From an uncultured bacterium (GTDB taxonomy: Bacteria > Acidobacteriota > HRBIN11 > JAKEFK01): a stretch of DNA of 64,000 bases. The DNA lies in NCBI GenBank assembly GCA_963777505.1, contig CAVZQN010000004.1, positions 832,001-896,000 of the forward strand. Reading direction: 5' to 3'. Position numbers and translations under genes: made by a program. Position 1 is the stretch's first letter. The number at the start of each line of letters is the position of its first letter. Below are positions 19,627 to 28,554 of this stretch, one piece after another. Under the pieces are notes generated by a model. That model did not search any database, had not been told where the DNA came from, and saw only the letters and a list, made by a program, of their open reading frames with translations.

Positions 19627-21894
19627 CTATTCATCAATATACCCCAGAGCTTTGAGGTTTTCGCGGGTAGTTTCGTCCATGGTAGCGTGTTCGGCTTTTT
19701 GCCATGCTCCTATTTTTTTGCTTGCTGAAAGCCATCCGAAAACTCTGCTTCGTAAATACGCGGCTTGAACAGGATCTTTGTCAATCCTGTTATCTTTTTC
19801 GAGCGGATCAGCCTTCAGGTTGTAGAGCTCTTCGTTTCTGGATTGAATGTGTACCATGTATTTAAGATCATTTTCAATATAGCCATACGCTTGTGACGCA
19901 ATAGTCTGAGTCATGACTGGCCTTGTTGGAAAGTCTGATGATGAAAGATATGGAATGATACTGTTCCCATCGACATTCCAATTTCGACGCGAAAATTGCA
20001 TAAGATCTACAAGTGTTGGATAGATATCAACCGTCCGTACCGGCTGACTAATCCTTTTCCCTTTCAGCGGAGTTTGATCAGCGAATTTAATGACAAGTGG
20101 AATATGAATACTTTCTTCATAAAGTTGCGAATTATGGCCTTGAAAATTGTGTTCCCAGAATGCTTCACCATGATCTGCGGTAACAACGATCACAGTATTT
20201 TTATAAACGTTCAGTTGTTTTAATTTTTCGATGACACGGCCAACTTCATAGTCCCCATATAAAAGGTTTTCATCATATGTCGCGATGATGTAATCGCGAT
20301 CCGCTTTTGTTGCATCCACTTCTCCCATATTGATTTTCCGCCGCATTTCGTAAGAAGCGTCTCGATATCCTTTATAGGATGGATCTGTAAAGCGGTTCTT
20401 GAATTTCTCCGGAGGGTTAAATGGAGCATGAGGTTCTCGATAGTGTAAGTACGCAAAAAATGGACGATTCTTATCTGAGCGCTCAAGCCATTGAACAAAT
20501 CTGTTTGTGATATCTGAGCCCCATCCCGTATAATTTGGCTCCCGAAAAACTTCACGAACTTCCTTAAATCCTTGCGTCATTCCAAATGTATTTGAAGCAT
20601 TTCCATTTGCAACGAATGTTCCGGTATCGTATCCGCCCGATTGAAATCGCTCTGCAAGCGTAACAGTTGCGGAAGGAAGTTTGCTTTTCCGTAAAATGAT
20701 TTGATGGTTATAAGGATCGAGCCCTGACATTAAACTTGCAGTAGATGCCAGTGTATAAACTGCCTGGCAGTATGCTCGCTCAAACACGATACCTTCACGC
20801 GCTAACGCGTCAAAATTTGGTGCGGTCTTTCGATTGTATCCATAAGTCTGATAATGCTTCGCGCCTGCCGCATCCTGAACGATAACGATAACATTTGCGC
20901 CACGGTTGGCTTTGCGGATCCCTTCCACAATTTCCTGGTTAACATCAGGAGAATCAAGGGCATCCTGAAAAAGCACAGGCTCAATCCACGCAGCTTTTCC
21001 CGAATCAAAAACAGAATTTCTTTTTAACCCGAGCTCAATTTCATAAATAGCCGGTTCACTGGACGTAATGTGTTTTGATAGTGCAACATCTTCAAATGAT
21101 AGAATTTCTTTGTCTGTTCGTTTCTGGAAAATTCTTTTTTCAGATTGTCCATCCCTTCGTAATGTAACAGCGAATTCGGCAAAATCATCATCATCGGAAA
21201 TTGCAGCTGGATCAAAAAAGACTCCGAATTTAAGTCTGGAATTTTTATTGAGTTTTTCGTAATAACGAATTGTTCCACCGGCGGGTAAAACGAGTGCCGC
21301 GCGCCTTTTTCCATCAAAATTCAAGGACTGCGCTTCTGGCTCCGGATGTTTTTCGCCAATGTGTGGTGGTCCTGACAAATATTGTGCCGGAGTAATGACT
21401 GCATAGTAAGCTGAAGCTGCAAGAGTTCGTTGATCATTTTCGTGGGTTCTTAATTCATTCCACTTGAACTCGATAACATTTGTCTCAGGTAGCAGAGCTT
21501 TCGCAGGCAATTGAAGTGAATGAATATCAGCTTCGCCATTAACTTGAATTCTTCCTGCATCCTGTTTATTCAACAGAACGCTGACGGAATTCGGGAAAAA
21601 GGATCCTAACTTGATATGCAGATAAAGTGGAGTGATGCGGGGAGTCTTAAAGAAAAAGGATGTTTTTTCGGCAGAAGCCCATTGGAAAGTTTCATTTCCA
21701 TCCTTTTCTGGTTGCGACCATCCTGAGAGCAAAAACTTTTTATCTTCACTTCTACCAAAGATGATGACCTGGGATTGATCGTTTTTCTCAGCGTATGGAA
21801 GTCGTTTGATAAGATCAATTGGAATTTGCGAAGTTGTGTGCGATCGGCATCCTGAAAGGATCAGGCAGAGAAGTAGTGCGATTTTCAAATGCAT
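19627..21894 (-). CDS. Sulfatase-like (alkaline phosphatase superfamily) lipoprotein
   Basis: LSGC lipobox; NVIVIVQD; YTLASTASLMSG; EPH.P; ADHGE; LKALGY C-terminus. Confidence 0.8.
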   Translation of the reverse strand: MHLKIALLLCLILSGCRSHTTSQIPIDLIKRLPYAEKNDQSQVIIFGRSEDKKFLLSGWSQPEKDGNETFQWASAEKTSFFFKTPRITPLYLHIKLGSFFPNSVSVLLNKQDAGRIQVNGEADIHSLQLPAKALLPETNVIEFKWNELRTHENDQRTLAASAYYAVITPAQYLSGPPHIGEKHPEPEAQSLNFDGKRRAALVLPAGGTIRYYEKLNKNSRLKFGVFFDPAAISDDDDFAEFAVTLRRDGQSEKRIFQKRTDKEILSFEDVALSKHITSSEPAIYEIELGLKRNSVFDSGKAAWIEPVLFQDALDSPDVNQEIVEGIRKANRGANVIVIVQDAAGAKHYQTYGYNRKTAPNFDALAREGIVFERAYCQAVYTLASTASLMSGLDPYNHQIILRKSKLPSATVTLAERFQSGGYDTGTFVANGNASNTFGMTQGFKEVREVFREPNYTGWGSDITNRFVQWLERSDKNRPFFAYLHYREPHAPFNPPEKFKNRFTDPSYKGYRDASYEMRRKINMGEVDATKADRDYIIATYDENLLYGDYEVGRVIEKLKQLNVYKNTVIVVTADHGEAFWEHNFQGHNSQLYEESIHIPLVIKFADQTPLKGKRISQPVRTVDIYPTLVDLMQFSRRNWNVDGNSIIPYLSSSDFPTRPVMTQTIASQAYGYIENDLKYMVHIQSRNEELYNLKADPLEKDNRIDKDPVQAAYLRSRVFGWLSASKKIGAWQKAEHATMDETTRENLKALGYIDE

Positions 21895-21929
21895 GAATGA
21901 GCTCAACCGCCAAGACAAGACGCCAAGAA

Positions 21930-22574
21930 TTATTTTTTAACCTTTTCCCAGTCTTTGCGGAATTTTTCTGCACCAATGTCCGTTAGCGGATGGTTCAGAA
22001 GTTTATCCAGGACATTATAAGGCATGGTTGCAATATCGGCTCCTGCCATGGCTGCCTGAACAACATGTACAGGATGACGAATGCTGGCCGCGAGAATTTC
22101 TGTTTCCAAATCGTAATTGTCGAAAATGGTAACTAGCTGATCGATCAATTCCATTCCATCAATTGCGATATCATCCAATCTCCCGATAAATGGACTCACA
22201 AATGCAGCTCCGGCTTTTGCTGCAAGCAACGCTTGAGTCGGAGAGAAAATCAAAGTGACATTAATGCTGATCCCTTCTGATGACAGCTTTTTTATGACTT
22301 TCAGTCCTTCCCAATTGATCGGAACTTTCACAACTATATTGTCGGCAATTTTTGCGAGAGATTTGCCTTCTTCAACCATTTCTTCGAAACGAGTCCCGAC
22401 AACTTCAGCGCTTACAGGACCTGATACAACCTTGCAGATTTCTTGCAGAATTTCCCTATAATCACCCGATTCTTTTGAAATTAAAGATGGATTAGTTGTG
22501 ACACCATCAAGAATTCCCATTGCCTGAGCTTCACGAATTTCTTTCAGGCTGGCTGTATCAATGAAAATTTTCAT
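21930..22574 (-). CDS. tal: Transaldolase / fructose-6-phosphate aldolase (TalC type)
   Basis: FIDTA, GVTTNPS, VVKVP, VSPFIGR, AASIR and HPLTD motifs. Confidence 0.9.
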   Translation of the reverse strand: MKIFIDTASLKEIREAQAMGILDGVTTNPSLISKESGDYREILQEICKVVSGPVSAEVVGTRFEEMVEEGKSLAKIADNIVVKVPINWEGLKVIKKLSSEGISINVTLIFSPTQALLAAKAGAAFVSPFIGRLDDIAIDGMELIDQLVTIFDNYDLETEILAASIRHPVHVVQAAMAGADIATMPYNVLDKLLNHPLTDIGAEKFRKDWEKVKK

Positions 22575-22616
22575 TAGCCGTCACCTCCTGCATGCATTAT
22601 AAACAATTTCAAAAAA

Positions 22617-22685
22617 GTAGGGGCGGGTCTAAGACCCGCCCGAATAAGTCTCGATATAGCGGGCAGGTTTTTGACCCGCCCCTAC
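22617..22685. repeat. GTAG-type REP doublet (REPIN)
   Basis: GTAGGGGCGGGTCTAAGACCCGCCC ... GGGCAGGTTTTTGACCCGCCCCTAC. Confidence 0.82.
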
Positions 22686-22697
22686 GAATTCAAAAAA

Positions 22698-24224
22698 TTA
22701 ACTGCTTGGTACTTCTACTGGTACAAAGAAAGTATTGCCGCGGCGATAAATCAAGAAGAGGAGTGATTCGCCCACTTTGGCACGTGAAACGATATCACGA
22801 TAATCATCGACACTTTTTACTGGACGTCGATTGATTTCCAGAATGACGTCACCACGTTGAATTTCCGCCGTCTCTGCAGGGCTATTTACCTTGACTCGTG
22901 TTACGACAACGCCTTCTTCATTTTCCATCTCTAACTGGCGTGCGGTATCTGAATCAAGATCCTTAACCGTTAATCCAAGTTCCGCTGTTTCTTTTTCTTC
23001 ATCGGTACCTAATTCCTCACCGGAGGCAAGTTCCGTATCTTTCATGGTTCCGACTGTTACGGTTAATTCCTTTTCCTTTTTGTCGCGAAGAACTTTCATC
23101 TTTACTTGAGAGCCGGGTTTTGTCGCTGCTACGAGCTTCGGAAGTTCATTTCCTTCTTTTAAGGGTTTACCGTTGTATTCAATAATGACGTCGCCACGTT
23201 GTACGCCTGCTTGGTCTGCAGCTGATCCCTTGGTGACATCGGAAACGACTGCGCCATAATCCGCGCCAAATTCACGCTTCATGGCATCATTCCATTGTGA
23301 TTGGATAGAAACACCAAGCTGTCCGCGGATTACACGTCCTGAGGATTTTAACTGTGGCAAAATTTCTTTTGCCATATTAATCGGAACTGCGAATCCAATT
23401 CCTGCAGATTGTCCTGTTCTACTTGCGATCGCAGTATTGATTCCAATCACTTCACCACGCAAATTCAAGAGCGGTCCACCACTATTTCCAGGATTGATCG
23501 AGGCATCAGTTTGAATGAAATCTTCAAATGTAACGCTGCCTAGAGCTCTTCCTTTTGCACTGACAACACCAACGGTGACTGTGTGTCCCAAATTAAAAGG
23601 ATTGCCAATTGCGATTACCCAATCACCGACTTCAAGAACGCCGGAATCACCGAGTGGAGCGGCTATGAGTTCGCTTTTGGGTTCAATCTTTATTAAAGCA
23701 ATATCAGTCTTAGGATCACGACCGATTATTTTGGCATCAAGGCCATTACGGCCTGTTACATCATCATCTTCAAATGAAACTTTGATTGATTCTGCATTTT
23801 CAATGACATGATTATTTGTCAGAATATATCCATCTGCATCGATCACTACGCCAGAACCTAGCGAGTTTTGTCTGCTTTCACGTTCTTCTTCGGGTCGATC
23901 ACCGAAGAAGCGGCGGAAAAACGGATCATCACCAAAAAAATCATGAAAAGGATCACGCCCACGCACAACTTGCGTTGTGTAAATGTTTACAACTGTGGGG
24001 TTTAAACGTTTTGCAATTTTACGAAATACATCGAACGTTAAAGGCTGACCGGAAAGGTCTTCTGGGGATATTGTGCGGGCCACGCGAGTGACGTCAGCCT
24101 TTTCAGTATCCTGGCCAACGGCTTGGTTAAATAAATCAAGCCGAGCAGTAAAAACCATTCCAGCAATCAGGCCAACCAGCGCCACGCCGATCAGGGCCGC
24201 CAAGCCATATCGCCTGTTGCTCAT
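22698..24224 (-). CDS. degP: DegP/Do (HtrA) serine protease with two PDZ domains
   Basis: TNNHV, DIA and INPGNSGGPL catalytic triad motifs; two PDZ domains. Confidence 0.92.
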   Translation of the reverse strand: MSNRRYGLAALIGVALVGLIAGMVFTARLDLFNQAVGQDTEKADVTRVARTISPEDLSGQPLTFDVFRKIAKRLNPTVVNIYTTQVVRGRDPFHDFFGDDPFFRRFFGDRPEEERESRQNSLGSGVVIDADGYILTNNHVIENAESIKVSFEDDDVTGRNGLDAKIIGRDPKTDIALIKIEPKSELIAAPLGDSGVLEVGDWVIAIGNPFNLGHTVTVGVVSAKGRALGSVTFEDFIQTDASINPGNSGGPLLNLRGEVIGINTAIASRTGQSAGIGFAVPINMAKEILPQLKSSGRVIRGQLGVSIQSQWNDAMKREFGADYGAVVSDVTKGSAADQAGVQRGDVIIEYNGKPLKEGNELPKLVAATKPGSQVKMKVLRDKKEKELTVTVGTMKDTELASGEELGTDEEKETAELGLTVKDLDSDTARQLEMENEEGVVVTRVKVNSPAETAEIQRGDVILEINRRPVKSVDDYRDIVSRAKVGESLLFLIYRRGNTFFVPVEVPSS

Positions 24225-24245
24225 TTATTGATTCCTCCTACTTAT

Positions 24246-24375
24246 TAAGCTGTGAAAAATGCCTTGTAATGCTGGAATCTCGCCGGCTCTAATAAGAAGC
24301 TCGAGCTCGGCCGGCCGGGAGGCCAGCGTTACAAATCCTAAGGCACAGATTGTTTTCTGCATTTTTCACAGCTTA
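24246..24375. promoter_or_regulatory. 130-nt stem-loop in the degP leader (cis-element or small RNA candidate)
   Basis: Perfect 17-bp stem 24246-24262/24359-24375; inner 12-bp stem 24264-24275/24323-24334. Confidence 0.55.
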
Positions 24376-24386
24376 TTACACTTCCA

Positions 24387-24414
24387 ATGTTAAATATCGA
24401 ACAAAAAAAAGCAA
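24387..24414 (-). promoter_or_regulatory. Putative sigma70-type promoter of degP
   Basis: TTGCTT-N16-TAACAT on the minus strand. Confidence 0.4.
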
Positions 24415-24427
24415 ATAGGTACTTTTT

Positions 24428-24527
24428 TAGTAAGGTACGCGGTCGGACGCATGAAATGCGGCCGACAGCACCGTAAATATTGTCGCTACGGCACTGCTTC
24501 GCTTCGCTCAGCTGCGTGCCTTACTAC
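24428..24527. repeat. ~100-bp structured REPIN/MITE-like element, copy 2
   Basis: TAGTAAGGTAC...GTGCCTTACTAC terminal inverted repeat; homologous to 13730-13827. Confidence 0.7.
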
Positions 24528-24530
24528 AAA

Positions 24531-25430
24531 CTAATCTTCAAAAAGCCCGGGTTGTTTCTTCTTTTTACTTGTTTTTCGGGCAATTTTCTTTAGTTGCGGA
24601 AACTCTTCAAGCATCGGTTCAGGTACGTCTACAGGTCCTTCTGTAACTTTTGACTTCAACTGTAGAATATTGGCCGGCGCTTGTCCGCGAAAATGATTAT
24701 TTCCTACTACAATTACCTCTTTCGATTTTTCTCCCATTTCATGAATTCGGGGTACCCAATCATCCAATTCTTGATCACTGTATAAATAGTCGTAACGGGC
24801 ATCCCTGTTTTCGCGTCCTTTGCCTTTGGCAAACCAATTAGCGTAATTCCTGCCATGAAAACGTATATATGATGTTTGACCAATGACATGAGCAGAAGGA
24901 CGGATCATTTTTTTGAAAACTGGTTCATCCACATTACAAAAGCCGATATTATTTTTCTGCATCCATTTGAAAACACCTTCTTCAATCCAGCTTCTATGTC
25001 TGAACTCCACAACCAATGAATATTTTTTAAAATAGTCTGCAATTTCTTCCAGCCGTTCCTGATTTTCAGGCAAATTACGAAATGAAATCGGGAATTGCGC
25101 AAGCAAACAGGCAAGACGTCCTTCATCAACCAGCGGTTTAATTGCTTTTATGTAAGCCTGGACATCTTCTTTTTTGAGAGGTTTTTTTACGTGAGTAAAT
25201 TCTTGGAAAAGTTTCGCAGTAAATTTGAATTTAGGATTATGCTGGACCCTTTTTGCCCAGCTTTCGGCCATCTTAACTTCAGGAACCCGATAGAATGTGT
25301 TATTCAACTCGATTAAATCGAAATACGAAGCGAGATACGCAAGTTCATCAAAACCACGTTGACGCGGTGCCGGATACACAATGCCTTTCCAATCTTCATA
25401 GGACCAACCTGCAATGCCGAATAACACCAT
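24531..25430 (-). CDS. DUF72 family protein
   Basis: GIAGWSY..W.G..YP, ELNNTFY, QFP.SF, EFRH.SW, RFHGRN and Y.YLYS motifs. Confidence 0.88.
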   Translation of the reverse strand: MVLFGIAGWSYEDWKGIVYPAPRQRGFDELAYLASYFDLIELNNTFYRVPEVKMAESWAKRVQHNPKFKFTAKLFQEFTHVKKPLKKEDVQAYIKAIKPLVDEGRLACLLAQFPISFRNLPENQERLEEIADYFKKYSLVVEFRHRSWIEEGVFKWMQKNNIGFCNVDEPVFKKMIRPSAHVIGQTSYIRFHGRNYANWFAKGKGRENRDARYDYLYSDQELDDWVPRIHEMGEKSKEVIVVGNNHFRGQAPANILQLKSKVTEGPVDVPEPMLEEFPQLKKIARKTSKKKKQPGLFED

Positions 25431-25480
25431 AAAATTAAAAGTTAGAGAGAAAAAATAAAAATTAGATTGAGTTAGGGAGT

Positions 25481-25889
25481 TTATTTTTGATTTTTCATTT
25501 TTAAAGAGTATTTCAAGAATAATTCCATATCCCACAAAAACTATCCCAAACAACGCAAGCGTAATATGCATAACATGTCTCAACCCTGAGGATGCTGATA
25601 CAGCTGCCGGAGGTGGGAAAATTGCTAGAAGAATAAAGAAAAGCAATCCAAAGCATGCTCCTTTCCACAGTGCAGGAGCGCCAAGTTTTTTCCTGATTGC
25701 AGCGTAGACAAGCGCAGCTGGAACTCCAAAAAGAAGTCCACTTGCGATCACTTCAAGCGTTCCTCCCCATGAAAATCCACTGGAACCAAGCGCGATCATG
25801 GCGATGATCCACATTGCTACACGTCCCCCAATGCCCAGAAATAGGCCGGACACCAGACTCGCCACTATAAGTCTTCGCCAAAACATCAT
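25481..25889 (-). CDS. 4-TM membrane protein (read into DUF72 by a probable 1-nt indel)
   Basis: Four hydrophobic helices; deleting one base from the A-run gives ...LFKMKNQK-stop near 25481. Confidence 0.55.
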
Positions 25890-25890
25890 T

Positions 25891-25953
25891 AATAGAGAAT
25901 AGAGAATGGAGGATAGAGGATTGTAGGAGCTATCCTCTATCCTCCATCCTCTC
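25891..25953. repeat. Heptamer tandem/inverted repeat (GRATAGA)n...(TCTATCC)n
   Basis: Read directly; a second copy lies at 45144-45210. Confidence 0.75.
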
Positions 25954-25966
25954 TTCGTTTATAATT

Positions 25967-27283
25967 ATGTCACCTATGGAACAATATGTAATCGGCATTG
26001 ATGTTGGTGGTACAAACATAAAAGCGGGTGCGGTTGATTATCAGGGCAATATCATCGCAAGCTTGCGTGTGCTGAGTGAAGCATCATCCGGACCAGAAGC
26101 AATTTTATCGAAACTGGAGTCAATTGTTCGCGACCTCCAGTTGAAAGTAAAAGATCGAACCCTCGCAGCAATCGGATTTGGCATCCCGGGAGCCATTCAT
26201 TCGATTGAAGGGATCGTCACTCAAGCACCGAACTTTCCTGCATTAAATGGAATGCCGATCGGAAAATTATTAAGTGAGCGGATTCACAAGCCGTGTTTCA
26301 TTGAAAATGATGCTAATGCAATTGCATTTGGCGAAATGTGGGTTGGAGCAGGACGCGGCTTTTCTCATATTTTGTGTTTGATTCTTGGAACTGGAGTCGG
26401 CGGCGGAGTGATTATCAATGGTGAATTGCTTCGCGGCGCTGATGGCATGGCCGGAGAATTGGGGCATGTTGCCGTTGATATGGATGGTGCTCAATGCAAT
26501 TGTGGAAGTTTCGGATGTCTGGAGACATTAGCCTCTGCTACTGGAATTCTGCGAATGTATCGCGAACAAATCGCAAAACATCCTGAATCTTCACTGAAGT
26601 CATTTTCAGAAATGACACCCGCCCTTATTTTTGCTGAAGCCACAAAGGGCGACGAATTTGCTCGTTCTTTATTTAAACAAGCCGGACACGGATTGGGCGT
26701 TGGTATGGCTTCTTTCATTAACATCTTCAATCCGGAAGTTCTGATTATTGGCGGCGGAGTTGCAGCAGCATGGGAATTTCTGGTTCCTCCCGCAATTGAC
26801 ACAATGAAAAGTCGTGCATTTAAAGCTCCAGCTGAACGAGTAAAAATTGTACGCGCTGAAAAAGAGAATGAAGCTGGAATTCATGGATGTGCTTACCTTG
26901 CATGGGACGAATTGCGCCGCGGTAATTCGATTCGTAGGGCAGGAGAACACCGCATCGCTCCATGGGGATTCTGGGAAGTTCTTGAAGAAGCGAAAGACTA
27001 CAAAGTAAAACGGATTTTTGTCCATCCCGGCCATCGCCTCAGCTATCAAAAGCATCAACAACGCGAAGAAACATGGATGGTTGTAACCGGTACCGCCGGC
27101 GTTGTATTAGATGGCAAAGAATTGACATTAGAAGCTGGCCAAACCCTTCATATTAAAAAAACGCAATGCCATCGTGTATCCAATCCAGGTCAGAGTCCGC
27201 TGATTTTTATCGAAGTTCAGTGCGGGACCTACTTCGGTGAAGATGATATCGTGCGACTGGAAGACGACTACAAGCGAAGTTGA
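25967..27283 (+). CDS. ROK sugar kinase fused to a type II phosphomannose-isomerase-like cupin
   Basis: DVGGT, ENDAN, GTGVGGG, GELGH, CNCG..GCLE; then PWG...VKRI.V.PG.RLSYQKH...IEVQ.G.Y.GEDDIVR.ED.Y.R. Confidence 0.85.
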   Translation: MSPMEQYVIGIDVGGTNIKAGAVDYQGNIIASLRVLSEASSGPEAILSKLESIVRDLQLKVKDRTLAAIGFGIPGAIHSIEGIVTQAPNFPALNGMPIGKLLSERIHKPCFIENDANAIAFGEMWVGAGRGFSHILCLILGTGVGGGVIINGELLRGADGMAGELGHVAVDMDGAQCNCGSFGCLETLASATGILRMYREQIAKHPESSLKSFSEMTPALIFAEATKGDEFARSLFKQAGHGLGVGMASFINIFNPEVLIIGGGVAAAWEFLVPPAIDTMKSRAFKAPAERVKIVRAEKENEAGIHGCAYLAWDELRRGNSIRRAGEHRIAPWGFWEVLEEAKDYKVKRIFVHPGHRLSYQKHQQREETWMVVTGTAGVVLDGKELTLEAGQTLHIKKTQCHRVSNPGQSPLIFIEVQCGTYFGEDDIVRLEDDYKRS

Positions 27284-27341
27284 TACAGTCGTTTTCTCAG
27301 GAACCTTGTGGCGGCTTTCTACGTAAAATATTTCAGCAAAT

Positions 27342-27383
27342 GCAGGGGAGCAGGGGAGCGGAGGAGCAGGGGAGCGGAGGAGA
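27342..27383. repeat. G-rich octamer tandem repeat
   Basis: GCAGGGGA GCAGGGGA GCGGAGGA GCAGGGGA GCGGAGGA. Confidence 0.75.
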
Positions 27384-27384
27384 A

Positions 27385-28503
27385 ATGAAAATAATCCATT
27401 GGCTCGCCATTTTTGTTTCATTCATTTTCGTTAATGGTGTGTCGGCTCTTGAGCTAAAGTTTTACCCTTCTGATCAGTTGTTTCTAAATGAAGCTGAAGC
27501 CCGGCGGCAAACATACGATGTGATTGCCCATCTTCTTGTTGTAAAAAATGACTCCAACGAGCCAATTACGTTAACCAACGTAGACTTGCAAATCAAAAAA
27601 GATAATTCAGTAATCCAGGAAGTTCATTTGGATCTGGCTAACTTAATCGCTTCAACAAAGCAAATCGTTGGAATGAAAGAGCAAGGCATGCAAATTATGG
27701 CCGATATCATTTTGCCTGATAAAGCGCTGGGGAAAAATGGCAAATTGGGATCTTCTGCTGAATTAAAACCAGGCGAAGCTTTAATCGCACAGAATATGTA
27801 CATCACCTTGCAAAGAATCCCCGATGTCATGCAAGCAAAAGCCACAGCGAAAAGTACTTCCAACAGTCCGGTGGAAGGTTCAACGGAGATCAAGATCGTT
27901 CAATACAAGTCGCCAAACAAATATATTTTTCCACTTGAAGGTGTTTGGTACATGCAGGCGGTTCCAAATGTTACAAGCCATCATCGCTGGATGTCGCAAA
28001 CAGAATTTGGAATCGATTTTTTGAAGCTTGATGAAAAGGGTTCGCAATATAAAACGGATGGAAAATCAGCAGGTGATTTTTATGCTTTTGGCCAACCAGT
28101 CCTTGCAGCAGCAGATGGCGTTGTTGTGATGGCCATTAACGATGCTGTGCAAAACTGGGATGCATGGATTCCACGCGAAGGCGAATCAGATGAAGCTTTT
28201 TCGGAACGTGCAGAAAAATTTCAATTGGAATCGATGAAAAAGGATTTGTATCGCACTGTCACCGGTAACCTTGTGGCGATCGAACATCCTGGCGGTGAAT
28301 ATTCCGCCTATGCTCACTTAAAAACGGGAAGTGTCCGCGTCAAAGTTGGCGACCGTGTAAAACAAGGCCAGCAAATCGCAGAGGTAGGCGATACGGGTGA
28401 CTACTATATGGCGCATCTGCATTTTCAGATCAGTAATAGCACAGATCTTTTGAGACGCAAGAAGCTTGCCTTTCGAATTCGTCAACTTAAGAAGAGGCCT
28501 TGA
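27385..28503 (+). CDS. M23 family metallopeptidase, secreted (C-terminus probably frameshifted near 28450)
   Basis: Signal peptide; H...IDF, V.AAADG.V, GN.V.I.H, YAHL, HLHFQ. The shifted frame continues DARSLPFEFVN. Confidence 0.85.
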   Translation: MKIIHWLAIFVSFIFVNGVSALELKFYPSDQLFLNEAEARRQTYDVIAHLLVVKNDSNEPITLTNVDLQIKKDNSVIQEVHLDLANLIASTKQIVGMKEQGMQIMADIILPDKALGKNGKLGSSAELKPGEALIAQNMYITLQRIPDVMQAKATAKSTSNSPVEGSTEIKIVQYKSPNKYIFPLEGVWYMQAVPNVTSHHRWMSQTEFGIDFLKLDEKGSQYKTDGKSAGDFYAFGQPVLAAADGVVVMAINDAVQNWDAWIPREGESDEAFSERAEKFQLESMKKDLYRTVTGNLVAIEHPGGEYSAYAHLKTGSVRVKVGDRVKQGQQIAEVGDTGDYYMAHLHFQISNSTDLLRRKKLAFRIRQLKKRP

Positions 28504-28554
28504 GCTTGGCCACTTTGCCCGAATCAAAAAACAATAGCTTTGTGTCTTTGCGGT

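Noticed and set aside
24531-25889. Apparent membrane-domain/DUF72 fusion
   Set aside because: The linker is an AT-rich heptamer repeat hairpin, DUF72 has its own ATG at 25430, and a one-base deletion restores an upstream stop.
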